Shown in pieces: positions 12,385 through 24,162 of a stretch of DNA of 64,000 bases. Source of the DNA: Eledone cirrhosa (Eukaryota); the NCBI GenBank assembly GCA_964016885.1, contig OZ024758.1, forward strand, positions 32,550,001 through 32,614,000, written 5' to 3'. The stretch's first letter is position 1. The number at the start of each line of letters is the position of its first letter. Below the pieces are notes generated by a model. That model did not search any database and was not told the DNA's origin. It saw only the letters and a program-made list of their open reading frames with translations. The position numbers and the translations under genes were made by a program.

Positions 12385-14110
12385 ATAACAAAGGAATTGT
12401 GGTAAGGAACCAGTGGACCACAACGCACCAGAGTACTCAATACTTAGGGTAGTAGAGTGGGAAATAGGAAAAAGTATGACCCCGACGGCAGAGCTCAAGC
12501 CGTTTCGACGGCTATTTCTGGACTAAATTAGAATTTTTAGCCTGGTGAATAAATAGCTGAACTTTTCAAGGGGGTACTTCCTTATGTGGGAAGATTGTAG
12601 TTGTCAAGAGGATTGGTTAAAATTTGTTGTAAACACAAATAAGTCTATCATGGCATTTGGTGGGAGGTAGGGGTGGCTGAACTTGCCTGTAGAACAATAG
12701 GGGAGTGGTGGAGTGGTCAAGCTTTGAAAGTGATATGTATACAGCAGATTCTAAGGATAAGGTATGAAGTGGAGGAGGGAGATTATAGAATAGGTAAATC
12801 GAATGAGAGTAGGAGACAATAAAAGATAATAGAAATAAATAAAAAAATATATAAAATTAGATAGTGAGAAATGAATAAAAAAAATCACAATGCTATCTTA
12901 CAATTACAGGTTAATAAGTTGAGAATAGAAAAAAACTTGTAGAAATTGAGTAGTACCAGAAGTGATACAGAATTAAAGGGGTTTAACATGCCTGCTATAA
13001 GTAGTTAGTAAAACGTATTTGGCCAATTCTATCTTAAAATTACAGGGGTGGGAGAACTGATGCTACAGAGGCCCGATGGGCTGCATCGGGGTAGGCGAAG
13101 GGGAAAAACAGACGAGGAAGAAAATAGGGGGGGTGGAAAGAAACAGGGGGAAGAAGACAAAGAGGAATAGAAAAGAAAAGCGATATATCTACCTAAGTAA
13201 GCTGGGGTTTCCCCTAACTTATTCGGCAAGTAGAGGGGTATCAGCCCTTGTCTACCCACCCGGGTCATTATGGGGTTTGAGGGCGAGGTAAGTCCTATGC
13301 AATCTGTGTTTGCATGCGGTTACCAGTTCCTTTTTCTCGTTTAGGAGTTGGTCCTTCGAAAACAGCATTTATAATGTTTCCTCCGAGCATAAGTTACACG
13401 GACGGCGCCCTCCCGTGTAAGAGTTAGCTTTGGACAGTAAGCTCCAAGTGAGATAGTAGGTTATATTATTATCTTGGAGGTCCCAGATGTGGCCCGAAAG
13501 TGTAGTGGCATGTCGCCGGACCGGGTTTCGGAAAGTATGTCTGTGTTGGTAGAGCCGGGTCTTGAAGTCACAAGTGTTTAATCCTATATAAGCTTTGTTG
13601 GAGGTGTCCGTCCTCACGTTGCACTGGTAGATCACGTTACGTTCTCGGCATTTGTTGTTGAGGGGGCACGTAGATCTATCAGGGCAGTTACACCTCCTGG
13701 TCGGCTCTCCACTGATGTTTAGGTTATTTCTTCCAGAGTGGTTGAGTTTTTTGTTGTTTGAGGAGATGATGTTTTGTGCGAAGTTAGGTGTGGTGCTGTA
13801 GGAGAGTTTGATGGTGTTTTTGTTGATTATGTTGTGGTAGCGGTGTTGTAGTGGGAAGTGTTTTTCGAGGAGTCTAAAGAAGATTTTCCCGATAGGTATT
13901 GCCACCTCGGCATTATGGGGAGGATTGAACCACGTTACGTTGCGCGAGCGGTGGTGTCACCGCTGGATCCGCTAAGGGAAGCTGGATAAAAGGATATTTC
14001 CTCCCGGAAGCCACTCCGCTTGAGGGCCTGGTTGTAATGAGGCGCGTGTTCGTCGAATATCTGCTCATTAGCGGACAAACGAGATATGCGGAGGGAGATG
14101 TTTTTAACCA
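12385..14110 (-). mobile_element. Penelope-like element 3' portion: GIY-YIG domain plus 3' pLTR tail
   Basis: ORF 13369-13905 has CNCPDRSTCPLNNKC..VIYQC..AYIGLNTCDFKTRLYQHRHTF..TTLSGHIW..CNLCSEE. The tail at 12385-12640 is repeated at 3212-3345, 20345-20548 and 28634-28770. Confidence 0.92.
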
Positions 14111-14228
14111 GGTGAATGAAACAGTTCTAGTCCTGTAGAAGCTCTTCTATATTAAAACTTTTATACTCTGCTATGTATTGAGTACCTTACTTACTGTGGT
14201 TACCTCCGAATCAACCCGGAATAACATA

Positions 14229-14293
<65 letters not shown>

Positions 14294-14295
<2 letters not shown>

Positions 14296-14447
14296 TCATC
14301 TTCGTTTAACGTCTATCTTCCACGCTAGCATGGGTTAGACGGGACTTGTCCCACTTGAGGCAAGGTTGGTCGGGTGACCGTGTCTCGCTCATATAGGACT
14401 GTCTGGCAGGTTTTCTAAGGCTGGATGCCCTTTCTAACACCAACCAC

Positions 14448-14449
<2 letters not shown>
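14294..14449 (-). mobile_element. SINE/RTE 3'-tail family (..GGCATCCAGCTGTAGAA..CCCATGCTAGCGTGGAA..(TGA)n)
   Basis: Same family at 17840-18064(+), 20885-21130(-), 28450-28612(+), 29660-29805(-), 34385-34880(-), 46880-47088(+) and 62316-62471(+). Confidence 0.85.
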
Positions 14450-14501
<52 letters not shown>

Positions 14502-14542
14502 TACATATATATATACATACATACATATACATACATATATAC

Positions 14543-15086
14543 ATGGTGGCTGCCAACTCGTTTTCGAGTATGGCCACTAATTTATATCCATGTAGGAGAA
14601 CCCCTACCGATGTGCTGAACGAGTGTGACTTTTTAGTCCAGCCAGCGACTTGAAAACTCTGGTACAAACACTACACTTGTGACAACTATTGACACATAGT
14701 GCTGGGCCCATGGTACCATGTGACGGCAAGTGCAGAGAGATCTCCAGATATAAAGCAATGCCTGTGCCGTGAAGCTTTTATAGTGAGCAAAGGCACTGCA
14801 CAAAGCCAGTCCCACTCTCTTAACCAAGATGATATTTACCAAAAAGAAGAACAAGTTAACATCATTGGATACGTATCAGAGTTGCAGGTGTTATATCAGA
14901 GTTTTCCTTCTCCTAGAATTCTGCCTTGACAAAGGCTCAGAGGTCATCTCTCCCGGTGATTTTGGATGGCCATTGACTCTTAAGAGCTCCTTTGACAGGT
15001 TTTGCTTTTAGTCCTGCAGGATATCCAAAGTCACCCTCACCAAGAAACCTTGGTGGGGTTGCCAGTTTAGTCGCCAACGACCCGAC
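14543..15086 (-). mobile_element. Probable RTE-related non-autonomous element
   Basis: Bounded by microsatellites. The terminal 35-bp motif recurs three times at 15378-15581, and GACCCGAC continues in a fragment at 17775-17840. The family assignment is by recalled resemblance only. Confidence 0.4.
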
Positions 15087-15147
15087 ATATATATATATAT
15101 GTATACACAAATATATATATATATACACATATATATACACACATATA

Positions 15148-15363
15148 AAGAAACGATCGACTTTCGTCAAATCGGACCGAGGGAACAATGTTTCCGTTGG
15201 TCTTTCCAATACTATCTATCGGTCGCAACTCCAGGTAGAAGGAGCAACGTGAAATAAAATAGGTCTTGCTTAAGGACATAACGCATCGCCTGATCCAGGA
15301 ATCGAACTCACAACCTTACGATTGCGAATCCAATTCTCTAACCACTCAGCCACACACCTTCAC
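15148..15363 (-). mobile_element. tRNA-derived CORE-like SINE
   Basis: A box TGGCTGAGTGG, B box GAGTTCGATTCC, CORE-like TCCTTAAGCAAGAC..TTTCACGTTGCTCC. Confidence 0.85.
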
Positions 15364-15952
15364 ATACACACATATATATGATGGCTGCCCCCTCGTTATC
15401 GAGTATGGCCATTATTATTGTTATTAATATATATGTATATATATGTATGTTTTTTTTTCTCGTGCAATGGCCATACTCGATAACGAGGGGGCAGCCATCA
15501 TATATATGTGTATATATACACACATATATATATATACACATATATATGATTTCTGCCCCCTCGTTATCGAGTATGGCCATTATGCTCAAAATAAAATAAA
15601 ACAACTAATCAGGTGAAAGGAGGTTAACAAGAATAGAGGATAGAGGATAGACTTATGCTGACAAACAAAGAGGTAATATTTATATGAATGTTAGTGGAGG
15701 TAGGTTTGCCAGTGGTAGAGTGCTTTTTTCTATTTTCTTTATTGAGTAGTAGTCATAGGAGAAAGGCATCTTTGATACGTTGCTTATATAAAGTGAAACA
15801 CAACCATCATTTGAAGATATCAAGAAGCTCAAGAACATTTAACAACATAAATAATAGAAGATTAGAAATGACATCAAAAAGACGATATAGAAGATATCAT
15901 AGTAGGATGAAGAGTTTGTTTTAGAAATATAGTAAATAATAATAACGTCAAT

Positions 15953-16066
15953 AGAAGAAGAAGAAGAAGAAGAAGAAGAAGAAGAAGAAGAAGAAGAAGA
16001 AGAAGAAGAAGAAGAAGAAGAAGAAGAAGAAGAAGAAGAAGAAGAAGAAGAAGAAGAAGAAGAAGA
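15953..16066. repeat. (AAG)n, ~38 units
   Basis: Perfect trinucleotide run. Confidence 0.97.
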
Positions 16067-16666
16067 CTTTTCTTACAAAAAAAATACAAAAAAACCTCAT
16101 AAGAGTTGTGCAATAAATGTTTAGATTATTTTGTCTGTTTATTAATTTCGAAGTGTGTATATGACAATGCAGATAGGATTAGTTTATATATTATACAGCA
16201 TTACACAAACACACACAGCCAAATACAAAGATAAGCTTTCTTCTTTTTTTTTTTCACTTTATCAACAATAGATTTAGGTTATTTGTCAATAAAGTTATAA
16301 TGATCACAAATGTTTTTATGGGACCATTTATTTTCTTTATCTCCATATATACAAATGCTCTTAGATTATCAATTTAGAATTCAAACATTAAGATGCTATC
16401 ATTCATTAAGATAATATTCAAACAACTCAATTAGTTATCAATCTAATACAAACATACTGAAAATTTGAAGATGTGCTTAAAAAAAATGCACCAAATTCGT
16501 TTGTAAATAAACACAGGAAAGATATATTTTTCATGGCATATTACCTAATGCAATAAACTAAACACTTTTCTGGTTCAACAATAATCATATTATAGTTCTA
16601 TTGTAGAAAGATAAATGAGTAGAAAAGTAGTCTGCTTAATATTTAAGGAAATAACTATTGGATACA

Positions 16667-17000
16667 CTAGCAGAGATGTTGCATTGGTTTATTATGCTGA
16701 GCTTTAATCTCAGTAGTATGCCTTTATTTTAAATTTCTTTTTATTCATGTCAGACCATGTCTTCTCTGAAGATGAGGGTGGATTTCTTTATTAATTGGGT
16801 CAATTTATAATGTTTGTACAAACAATGTTTGTTGTTTTTCCATCTGGTGCGTAGATGCAAAGATGTGTCTGACTTCCTACTCTTGGACATCCAATGTGCA
16901 GCTGACCATGGGTGAAGCAGGGCTCTTCAATGTGTAAACTGGCAACCAAAAATGTTTGTACTTGTGTACTTGTGGTTGGTCATGGCAAAACTAAGATTCA
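16667..17000 (-). mobile_element. Autonomous Helitron 3' remnant: Pif1-family helicase C-terminus
   Basis: The minus strand (one frameshift) encodes LSFAMTNHK / TFLVASLHIEEPCFTHGQLHIGCPRVGSQTHLCIYAPDGKTTNIV*, matching Helitron FAMTINK..CFSHGQLYVACSRV..KTKNIVY; ends TCTGCTAG at 16667. Confidence 0.85.
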
Positions 17001-17052
17001 CTAGAAATTAAAGGCTTTTGAATAGAAATTGAACATCATTTGAAATGGTGGC

Positions 17053-17252
17053 TTGAATCACAAGTGGATACAAGTTTCTATAGAATTGTCTGGGCATTTG
17101 AAGGAGCTAGTATCTTGTGGGCACTTGTTACTTACTGCACCCGAGCATCAGCTGCATATAAAACCTATGTTCTTTGATAGCCAGCCTGTGAACCAACTAC
17201 ATCTTTTATGTACCCTTAGCTTGCATTTGGGACATACAATGGAATGTTTACC
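17053..17252 (-). mobile_element. RTE LINE internal fragment (Cys-rich insert region)
   Basis: Homologous to 55440-55620 and 27770-27950. Confidence 0.7.
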
Positions 17253-17485
17253 CCCCTCTCTCTATATATATATATATAAATAAAATTAGAATTTTATTTC
17301 TTGCCCTAGCACAGCTGATACATAAATGTAAGTATGCATACGTACACATATATATATATACATACACACACACACACATATACATATGAGTTATATCAAA
17401 TATTAATAATAATATTTGATTCATTTGTAAAGAAACGGCTCAATGACAAATTGTCATCCGTTTGATCAACACTGGCTTTGAGGAA

Positions 17486-17524
17486 CAATCAACGTTTCTG
17501 GGTCATTACCCTTTATCAGGACTG
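17486..17524 (-). ncRNA. Minimal hammerhead, one core substitution
   Basis: CAGTC-CTGATAA-AGGGT AATG ACCCA-GAAA-CG-TT-GATTG; CTGATAA replaces CTGATGA. Confidence 0.65.
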
Positions 17525-18169
17525 TATACCTCTGCCAATTTGTTGAACGGTTGAAAATATATAGTATTTTCTTAAGTACACATTGGCTGAGTAGCCTCAT
17601 TTGCACCCTGAGGGAGTTACGGCTGGCTGTGCTGAAAACTAAAAATAAAATTAGTATTTTATTTTTCGCCCTAGCACAGCTGATACATAAATGTTTATAA
17701 ACAAAACGAATATTATTATTATTATTTGATGTAACCCATATGTATATGTATATATGTGTGTGTGTATATATATATGACCCGACCTCCCACGGGTATAAGC
17801 CGAAGCTGAAGCATATAGACAATATGCCCCACCCCCTCCCACTGCAAAGTGGTCGTGGAGGTGCCACGGCAAAAAAGCACGCAGCCCACACTGTAAATTA
17901 GGTTGTTGTTAGGAAGGGCATCCAGCTGTAGAAATCAAGCCAGAATCAGTTCTTGTATGAACAAGACAAGGTCACCTGACCTGGCACAGCCCACAACAGT
18001 ACAGCCCATCTAACCCATGCTAGCGTGGAAGAATGGACGTAAAACGGTGATGATGATGTGATGATATATATATATATGTGTGTGTGTGTATGTCTTTACA
18101 CTTACATTTATGTATCAGCTGTGCTAGAGCGAGAAATAAAATTCTAATATATATATATATATATATATA

Positions 18170-18535
18170 TCACCTTGACTGACCAGTCTGTCGGGCGCCA
18201 TTCGGTGCCGCTGGTCAAAGCACGTGCTGTTTTTGCCATATGATGACGCCATCCCACTGGTGGGCAGGCCGCAAGTTTAAAGTCTGTCTTAAGCCAAAAG
18301 GCTCATTTGGCCGGTGCTTATCCCGGTTTCATGGCTTGAAGCGACTAAGAGTATAAGTCCATCGCAGGGTTAAACCTCCAGCTGTTGCTGGTACTCATTT
18401 TCAGCTGAGTAAACTGGAGCAGCGTGAAATAAAGTGTCTTGCTCAAGGAAACAACACATCACCCGGTCTGAGAATTGAACTCACAACCTTCGATTGCAAG
18501 CCTACTGCTCTAACCACTAAGCCATGAGCCTTCAC
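18170..18535 (-). mobile_element. tRNA-derived CORE-like SINE
   Basis: Reverse complement of 26670-27075. Confidence 0.9.
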
Positions 18536-18879
18536 ATATATATTTATATATTAGGTATTAATTTAACAATGAAAATAATAACAACAAAGTCGAGTTATTT
18601 TACTTATTCATATCGTTTTACGATCGTTTTGGCAGGTAGATCATATTGACATATTGTCTGATCTATAGACCATCTTCTTTGGAAACAATGAAGTTAGAAT
18701 CTTTAATGGTAGTATATAAAGAGGTAGATAGAAAAATAGATATACCATACAAATATATATTCCAGATTACCTCCTTAGATTGATACTGAGAGTGGGAACA
18801 GAATAGCTGAGCCCTGTGTTATTTAAGGCTGTTAAGTGGTTGAATACCAGGGCAGGGACAATGAAGAGGGAGATGGATA

Positions 18880-19570
18880 GGAGAAGGAGTGAGAAGAAGA
18901 GAAGAAGTGAGAAGAAGAGGAAGAAGAAGTGAGAAGAAGGAGGAGAAGAAGAAGGAGAAGAAGTGAGAAGAAGAAGTGAGAAGAAGAAGGAAAAGAAGTG
19001 AGAAGAAGGAGAAGAAGAAGGATAAGGAGAAGAAGAAGGATAAGGAGAAGGATAAGGAGAAGGAGGAGAAGGAGAAGAAGGATAAGGAGGAGAAGAAGTG
19101 AGGAGAAGGAGAAGAAGTGAGAAGGAGGAGAAGAAGAAGGAGAAGAAGGAGAAGGAGAAGAACGAGAAGAAGAACGAGAAGGAGAAGAAGAAGTGAGAAG
19201 AAGTGAGAAGGAAAAAAAGGAGAAGAAGGAGAAGAAGTGTGAAGGAGGAGGAGAAGAAGGAGAAGAAGAACGAGAGGGAGAAGGAGAAGAAGTGAGGAGG
19301 AGGAGAAGGAGAAGAAGAAGTGAGAAGGAGAAGAAGAGAGAAGAAGAAGTGAGAAGAAGAAAAAAAAGGAGAAGGAGAAGAAGTGAGAAGAAGAAGAAAA
19401 AGGAGAAGGAGAAGAAGAAGTGAGAAGGAGAAGAAGAAGAAGTGAGAAGGAGAAGAAGAAGAAGAAGAAGTGAGAAGAAGAAGAAGAAGAAGAAGAAGAA
19501 GAAGAAGAAGAAGAAGAAGAAGAAGAAGAAGACGGCGACGATGACATAGGAGAAGGAGAAGGTACAGAAG
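18880..19570. repeat. GAA/GGA polypurine low-complexity tract
   Basis: ~690 bp of almost pure purine with AAGTGAG subunits, ending in a (GAA)n run. Confidence 0.95.
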
Positions 19571-19940
19571 AAAGAGAGATAAGAAAATTATTATTGTGGT
19601 GAGTGGCCTAGGTGTAATAGAAGGCTGTTAAGTACCAGGTTGATAACAAGTAAAAAATAAAATAATCTAAACTAATTAAGTAGACTTTTACTTGGGTGTT
19701 CCAATTCCGATATAGTGAAAACATTTGGTTATTGGATTAACTTATAAATTGGTGTATTGGTAACCTGAGAAATCAGTATTTAGTAAACCTTAATAGATAA
19801 ATTAGTAATATTTACGGACCCTACCACGTAGGGTAGACCACACTAAAATATATATATATATATGCCACGTCACAGTTCTTAGCCATTTTGAATTCGTTTC
19901 TGGCGGAGATCACTTAAGAAAATTCTTTGTCCAAATGAGT

Positions 19941-20024
19941 TTGCTTCCTGATGAGTTCAAAGCTCGAGATTTTATCCTTGATAGGATATTTCCCAAAGCG
20001 AACGAAACCCTAAGGGTAGAAACG
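19941..20024 (+). ncRNA. Type I hammerhead ribozyme
   Basis: GCTTC-CTGATGA (19948-54)-GTTC..GAAC-GAAA (20004-07)-CCC TAA GGG-TA-GAAAC; GUA cleavage triplet; stem I has one mismatch. Confidence 0.8.
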
Positions 20025-20344
20025 TAATCCTGGTATGTTTATATGCATTTTTTCTTCTAACTTTAATTTTATACCTAATTGTGTATGGTTGATGGTATAT
20101 TTAATCGATTTCCACCTGCTATTGAAATGTTGGGTAAATATTCTATAGTGGTTGGTCGCGAATAGACTGGTGTCGTTTATTTACCAACTATTTCTTCATA
20201 GGTGCTATTTAATCTTATAGCCTGGTTTAATTGATTTTTTTGTGTGGTTGATTATGGTAATTGGGAGAGGAAATGGTGTATATATCTTATCAAATGATTC
20301 TATGGACATAATTTATAGTATATATATATATATATATGTATGTA

Positions 20345-20545
20345 AAACAAAGAAAGTGTGGTAAGGAACCAGGTTGACCATAATGCACCAGAGTACTTGA
20401 TACTTAGGTTAGCAGCGTGGGTAATAGGAAAAGAATGAGGACCCCGACGGCTGAGCTCCGACCGTTTCGACAGCTAGATCCGAATAGTTCGGATCTAGCT
20501 GTCGAAACAGCCGGAGCTCAGCCGTCGGGGTCCTGACTCTTTCCC

Positions 20546-20548
<3 letters not shown>
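20345..20548 (-). mobile_element. Penelope pLTR tail with fold-back inversion (~62-bp arms centred ~20486)
   Basis: GACAGCTAGATCCGAA-TAG-TTCGGATCTAGCTGTC; the arms extend to GGAAAAGAAT/ACTCTTTCCC. Confidence 0.85.
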
Positions 20549-20600
<52 letters not shown>

Positions 20601-20669
20601 AAAAAGAGATGAAATCGAAAATGCAACTGAAGTCTTATTTTTTTTTAAAATATATATATTTATTTGGTT

Positions 20670-20707
20670 CCTTTACCGGTTTCGCAGTTCTTCTGCTTTT
20701 CAAAAGG
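20670..20707 (-). ncRNA. Degenerate minimal hammerhead
   Basis: CCTT-TTGAAAA-GCAG AAGAA CTGC-GAAA-CCGG-TA-AAGG; all stems intact, core two transitions from CTGAAGA. Confidence 0.6.
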
Positions 20708-20766
20708 TGAGTTGAGATGGAGGGTCTGTGGTTTTTCATATAACCATATATATATATATATTTCTA

Positions 20767-20860
<94 letters not shown>

Positions 20861-21149
20861 TTTTCCACGGAAATACTTAACATATCATCAACATCATCAT
20901 CATCGTTTTACGTCCATCTTCCACGCTAGCATGGGTTAGACGGGAGTTGTCCCACTTGAGGCAAGGTTGGTCGGACGACCGTGTCTCGCTCGTATAGGAC
21001 TGTCTGGCAGGTTTACTACGGCTGGATGCCCTTCCTAACACCAACCACATTTACAGTGTGGAACTGGGAACTTTTTACCGTGTTACCTACACGGCCACAT
21101 TACAGCGTGGACTGTGTGTTTTTTTGTCATGACACCTATATATATATAT

Positions 21150-21780
21150 CTAGGGCAGGTAAAATTCCTGAGATCCATGTATGAGTTCTCTCCACCAGTC
21201 TCTGTCCCTCATTATCACTGCCATGTCCTGCATCTCCAAGAAACCAGTGTCTGTCCTTAAGACATCAACATATGTTAATCTCGGTCTTCCTCTTCCACTG
21301 TGTCCATGCAGGGGCTCCCACTAACACCAAAGCCCAAGTCATTACACCTCATGGGATGACAGAGTTCTTCTGAGATACTGGCTGCCTACCTTTTTATCAG
21401 TGGACTATTGTATGCGCATTGCGCTGGAGAAACACCAGGAATCTGGCTTTACTGTAGCACCGGCTCAGAGCAGGAGAGTTAAGGCGAAAAAGATATTGGA
21501 TGCTGAATTTGCTGATGACATAGTTTTGGTGACAAACATAGTGAAGGAGGGAGAAGATTTGGTGCAGGAGGTTGAGACTGTGTCGATGAGTGTGGGGTTG
21601 AGAATGAATGAGACTAAAACAAAATATCTGGTAGAGAATGTTGAGAAGCCAGAGGGGATCACTAATGTAGGCGGGAAGCCATTAGAATTGGTTGAGGACT
21701 TCCTGTATTTGGGAGCAAAGATTGGGAATACGGAAGATGATGTGGTTGAGAGGAAGAGCAAAGCCTGGGTGGCATGCCAT
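21150..21780 (-). mobile_element. RTE-type LINE insertion with inverted 5' RT segment
   Basis: 21150-21320(-) encodes the C-terminus WEPLHGHSGRGRPRLTYVD; 21325-21780(+) encodes RT EFADDIVL..GLRMNETKT..FLYLG. Confidence 0.8.
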
Positions 21781-21885
21781 ATATATATATGTTAGGTATT
21801 TGCGTGGAAAAGGCTCCATGTATAGTACAGAACTATTTAATTATAATAGATTTTAATTTCTTATATATCTTATGTCCAAATGAAG

Positions 21886-21958
21886 ATTCCTTCTGATGAG
21901 CGATATCAGACATTTCTGTTAGAATCGTCTAACTTCATGAGACCTTGGGTAATGGAAT
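21886..21958 (+). ncRNA. Degenerate hammerhead (GAGA for GAAA)
   Basis: ATTCCTT-CTGATGA-GCGA..TCAT-GAGA-C CTTGG G-TA-ATGGAAT; sister copy with intact GAAA at 29080-29156(-). Confidence 0.55.
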
Positions 21959-21977
21959 ATATATATATATATAAATA

Positions 21978-22437
21978 TATATTAATAAGAGGAATTCCAA
22001 CTTTGTCTGATTTACTCGTTTTATTTACAATCCTTTAAAATATATATAATATGGTATTATAATGAAATAGTATGATAGAATATTAAATTCTAAGTGTTAA
22101 TTGAACAAGTACTTTCATGCTTTCGCAATCTTCAGGTTCATGATATGTGGTGACAGTCGAGTTTGCAATTTTCAACTGTTGAAATTTCACAGTTGAAAAT
22201 TGCAAACTCGACTGTCACCACATATCATGAACCTGAAGATTGCGAAAGCATGAAAGTACTTGTTCAATTAACACTTAGAATTTAATATTCTATACTATTT
22301 CATTATAATACCATATTATATATATTTTAAAGGATTGTAAATAAAACGAGTAAATCAGACAAAGTTGGAATTCCTCTTATTAATATAATCTTCTATACAC
22401 AATCATACACACCCGTGTATATTTACCTATCTATATC

Positions 22438-22440
<3 letters not shown>
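21978..22440. mobile_element. ~410-bp near-perfect palindrome of a hammerhead-bearing element plus ~50-bp 3' tail
   Basis: Arms 21978-22184 and 22185-22387 with centre TGAAATTTCA; hammerheads at 22102-22140(-) and 22228-22266(+). Confidence 0.92.
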
Positions 22441-22531
<91 letters not shown>

Positions 22532-22532
<1 letters not shown>

Positions 22533-23823
22533 CTAATATATATTTGTGAAATGTGTGGTGGTTGAAATTCAGTTGTGCACAGTTAAATGGTAGTAGACGT
22601 GGTCTGACGGACAGGAAAATTTACACACCTATGTAAAAAGTGCCAAGGAAGCAAATAGACGAGGTTTCAAATCTCTAACTTGAAAAATGTGGTCCCTAGG
22701 GCCCCAAAACGGTCTATTTACTATCGCTTTCGGTGAGTTATTTCCCCCTGTTCTAATACTTGGATGAGTTATTTTCCGTAGTCGCTTTCAATATTCATTG
22801 TCTTATTTACAATTTCATTTTTAAACTCATCAATTTTTTCATAACATATCAAACAGAATGTTCTTTCGCATACAGTACCGTTTTATGAAATCGATTCTGC
22901 AGTACCATTTTACGAAATGCCAAACCGAAAACGGTCAGTTTTCCATCAAAAGAAATAAAACCCTTAAATTGCGAAGAAGGGACGCGTGTTCTCAGGTACG
23001 TTTTTTCTGATATCATTTTTATTTTAATTCTAATACATGTTTACCACCACTAACAGTCAAAGTCAAATGAAAAGTTTAAAGAATACATGCATGTAAACTT
23101 AATGAATGGGATCTATAAGCCTTTGGGTTGCCGAGTTAATTCATTCATTTTTTTAAAAATATTCATTGTAAACTTAATGAATGGGATCTAGAAGCCGTTT
23201 GGTTGCCGAGTTAATTAATACAGTTTTTTTTTTAATATTCATTGTCTTATTTAAAATAACGTATCGAAGACACCGTTATTTCGCTGTTAATAAACTGTTG
23301 CTCTCTACAGTACGTTTCATTTTCATTTTTCAATTAGTTGCTCTATATTAAATTTAAATACTTCTATAACGATCATACAGTACCGTTTTATGAAATCGAT
23401 TCTGCAGTAGAATTTTACGAAATGCCAAACCGAAAAAGGTCACTGTTTTCTAACAAAAGAAACAAAACCCTTACATTGCGAATCCCCTGTTCTAATACTG
23501 GGGTTAGTTATTTCCCCCTATTCTAATAAATGTCTAATATATAGAGGCCCCTCTTGCTGACCAGGGCAATCAAAGTGTAAACTATCATACAAACCTTCAT
23601 AATCTGCATTTTCAAACTTGCATATCATCGACATTGCTATTTCGCTGTTAATAAACAACAATTTTCACGTCGCTCCACTCTTCATTGTACGCCGTCCAGC
23701 CCCAAGTGCATATTTCTATTTTTTTTCCTGATACTGCTTCTTTATAATAAACTTTCAATAATATTTTTCAAATTATTAACTTAATAAAAAGTGGCCCCGG
23801 GTGAAACCGGGCTCAGCTGCTAG
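22532..23823 (+). mobile_element. Non-autonomous Helitron
   Basis: 5' A|TC; 3' hairpin CCCCGGGTGAAACCGGG followed by CTAG|T; internal direct repeats (22870-22975 ~ 23375-23482). Confidence 0.85.
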
Positions 23824-24113
23824 TATATATATATATAGTTAGGGAAGCAGAAATTGCTTATTGTAATCCAGTTCGTGGTTAAGACAGCCAGTTTCATGGA
23901 CGGTTTCAACGTACGGTTAGGGGTAACTCCACAAGTTTGTAAGAATCACGTTCAATCTTGGAGTGATAAGGATAAAAGAGAAAACACAGGTAAGCATTAA
24001 AAAAAGGATTTTATCCAGGTATTTACGAGCGTTTCATTGGTAAGTGCAACCTTATATTGCTATACTGCAAATAGCAGCCACTCAATAATAATTGTTGTAC
24101 ACGTCCAAATTTT

Positions 24114-24154
<41 letters not shown>

Positions 24155-24162
<8 letters not shown>

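Noticed and set aside
14880-15086. HDV-like ribozyme in an RTE-like 5' region
   Set aside because: Could not build the nested double pseudoknot by eye; needs a descriptor search.
18819-19547. Poly-Ser/Leu/Phe and Lys/Glu/Arg ORFs; also the YI/CV-rich ORFs throughout the window
   Set aside because: Translations of microsatellites and low-complexity DNA.
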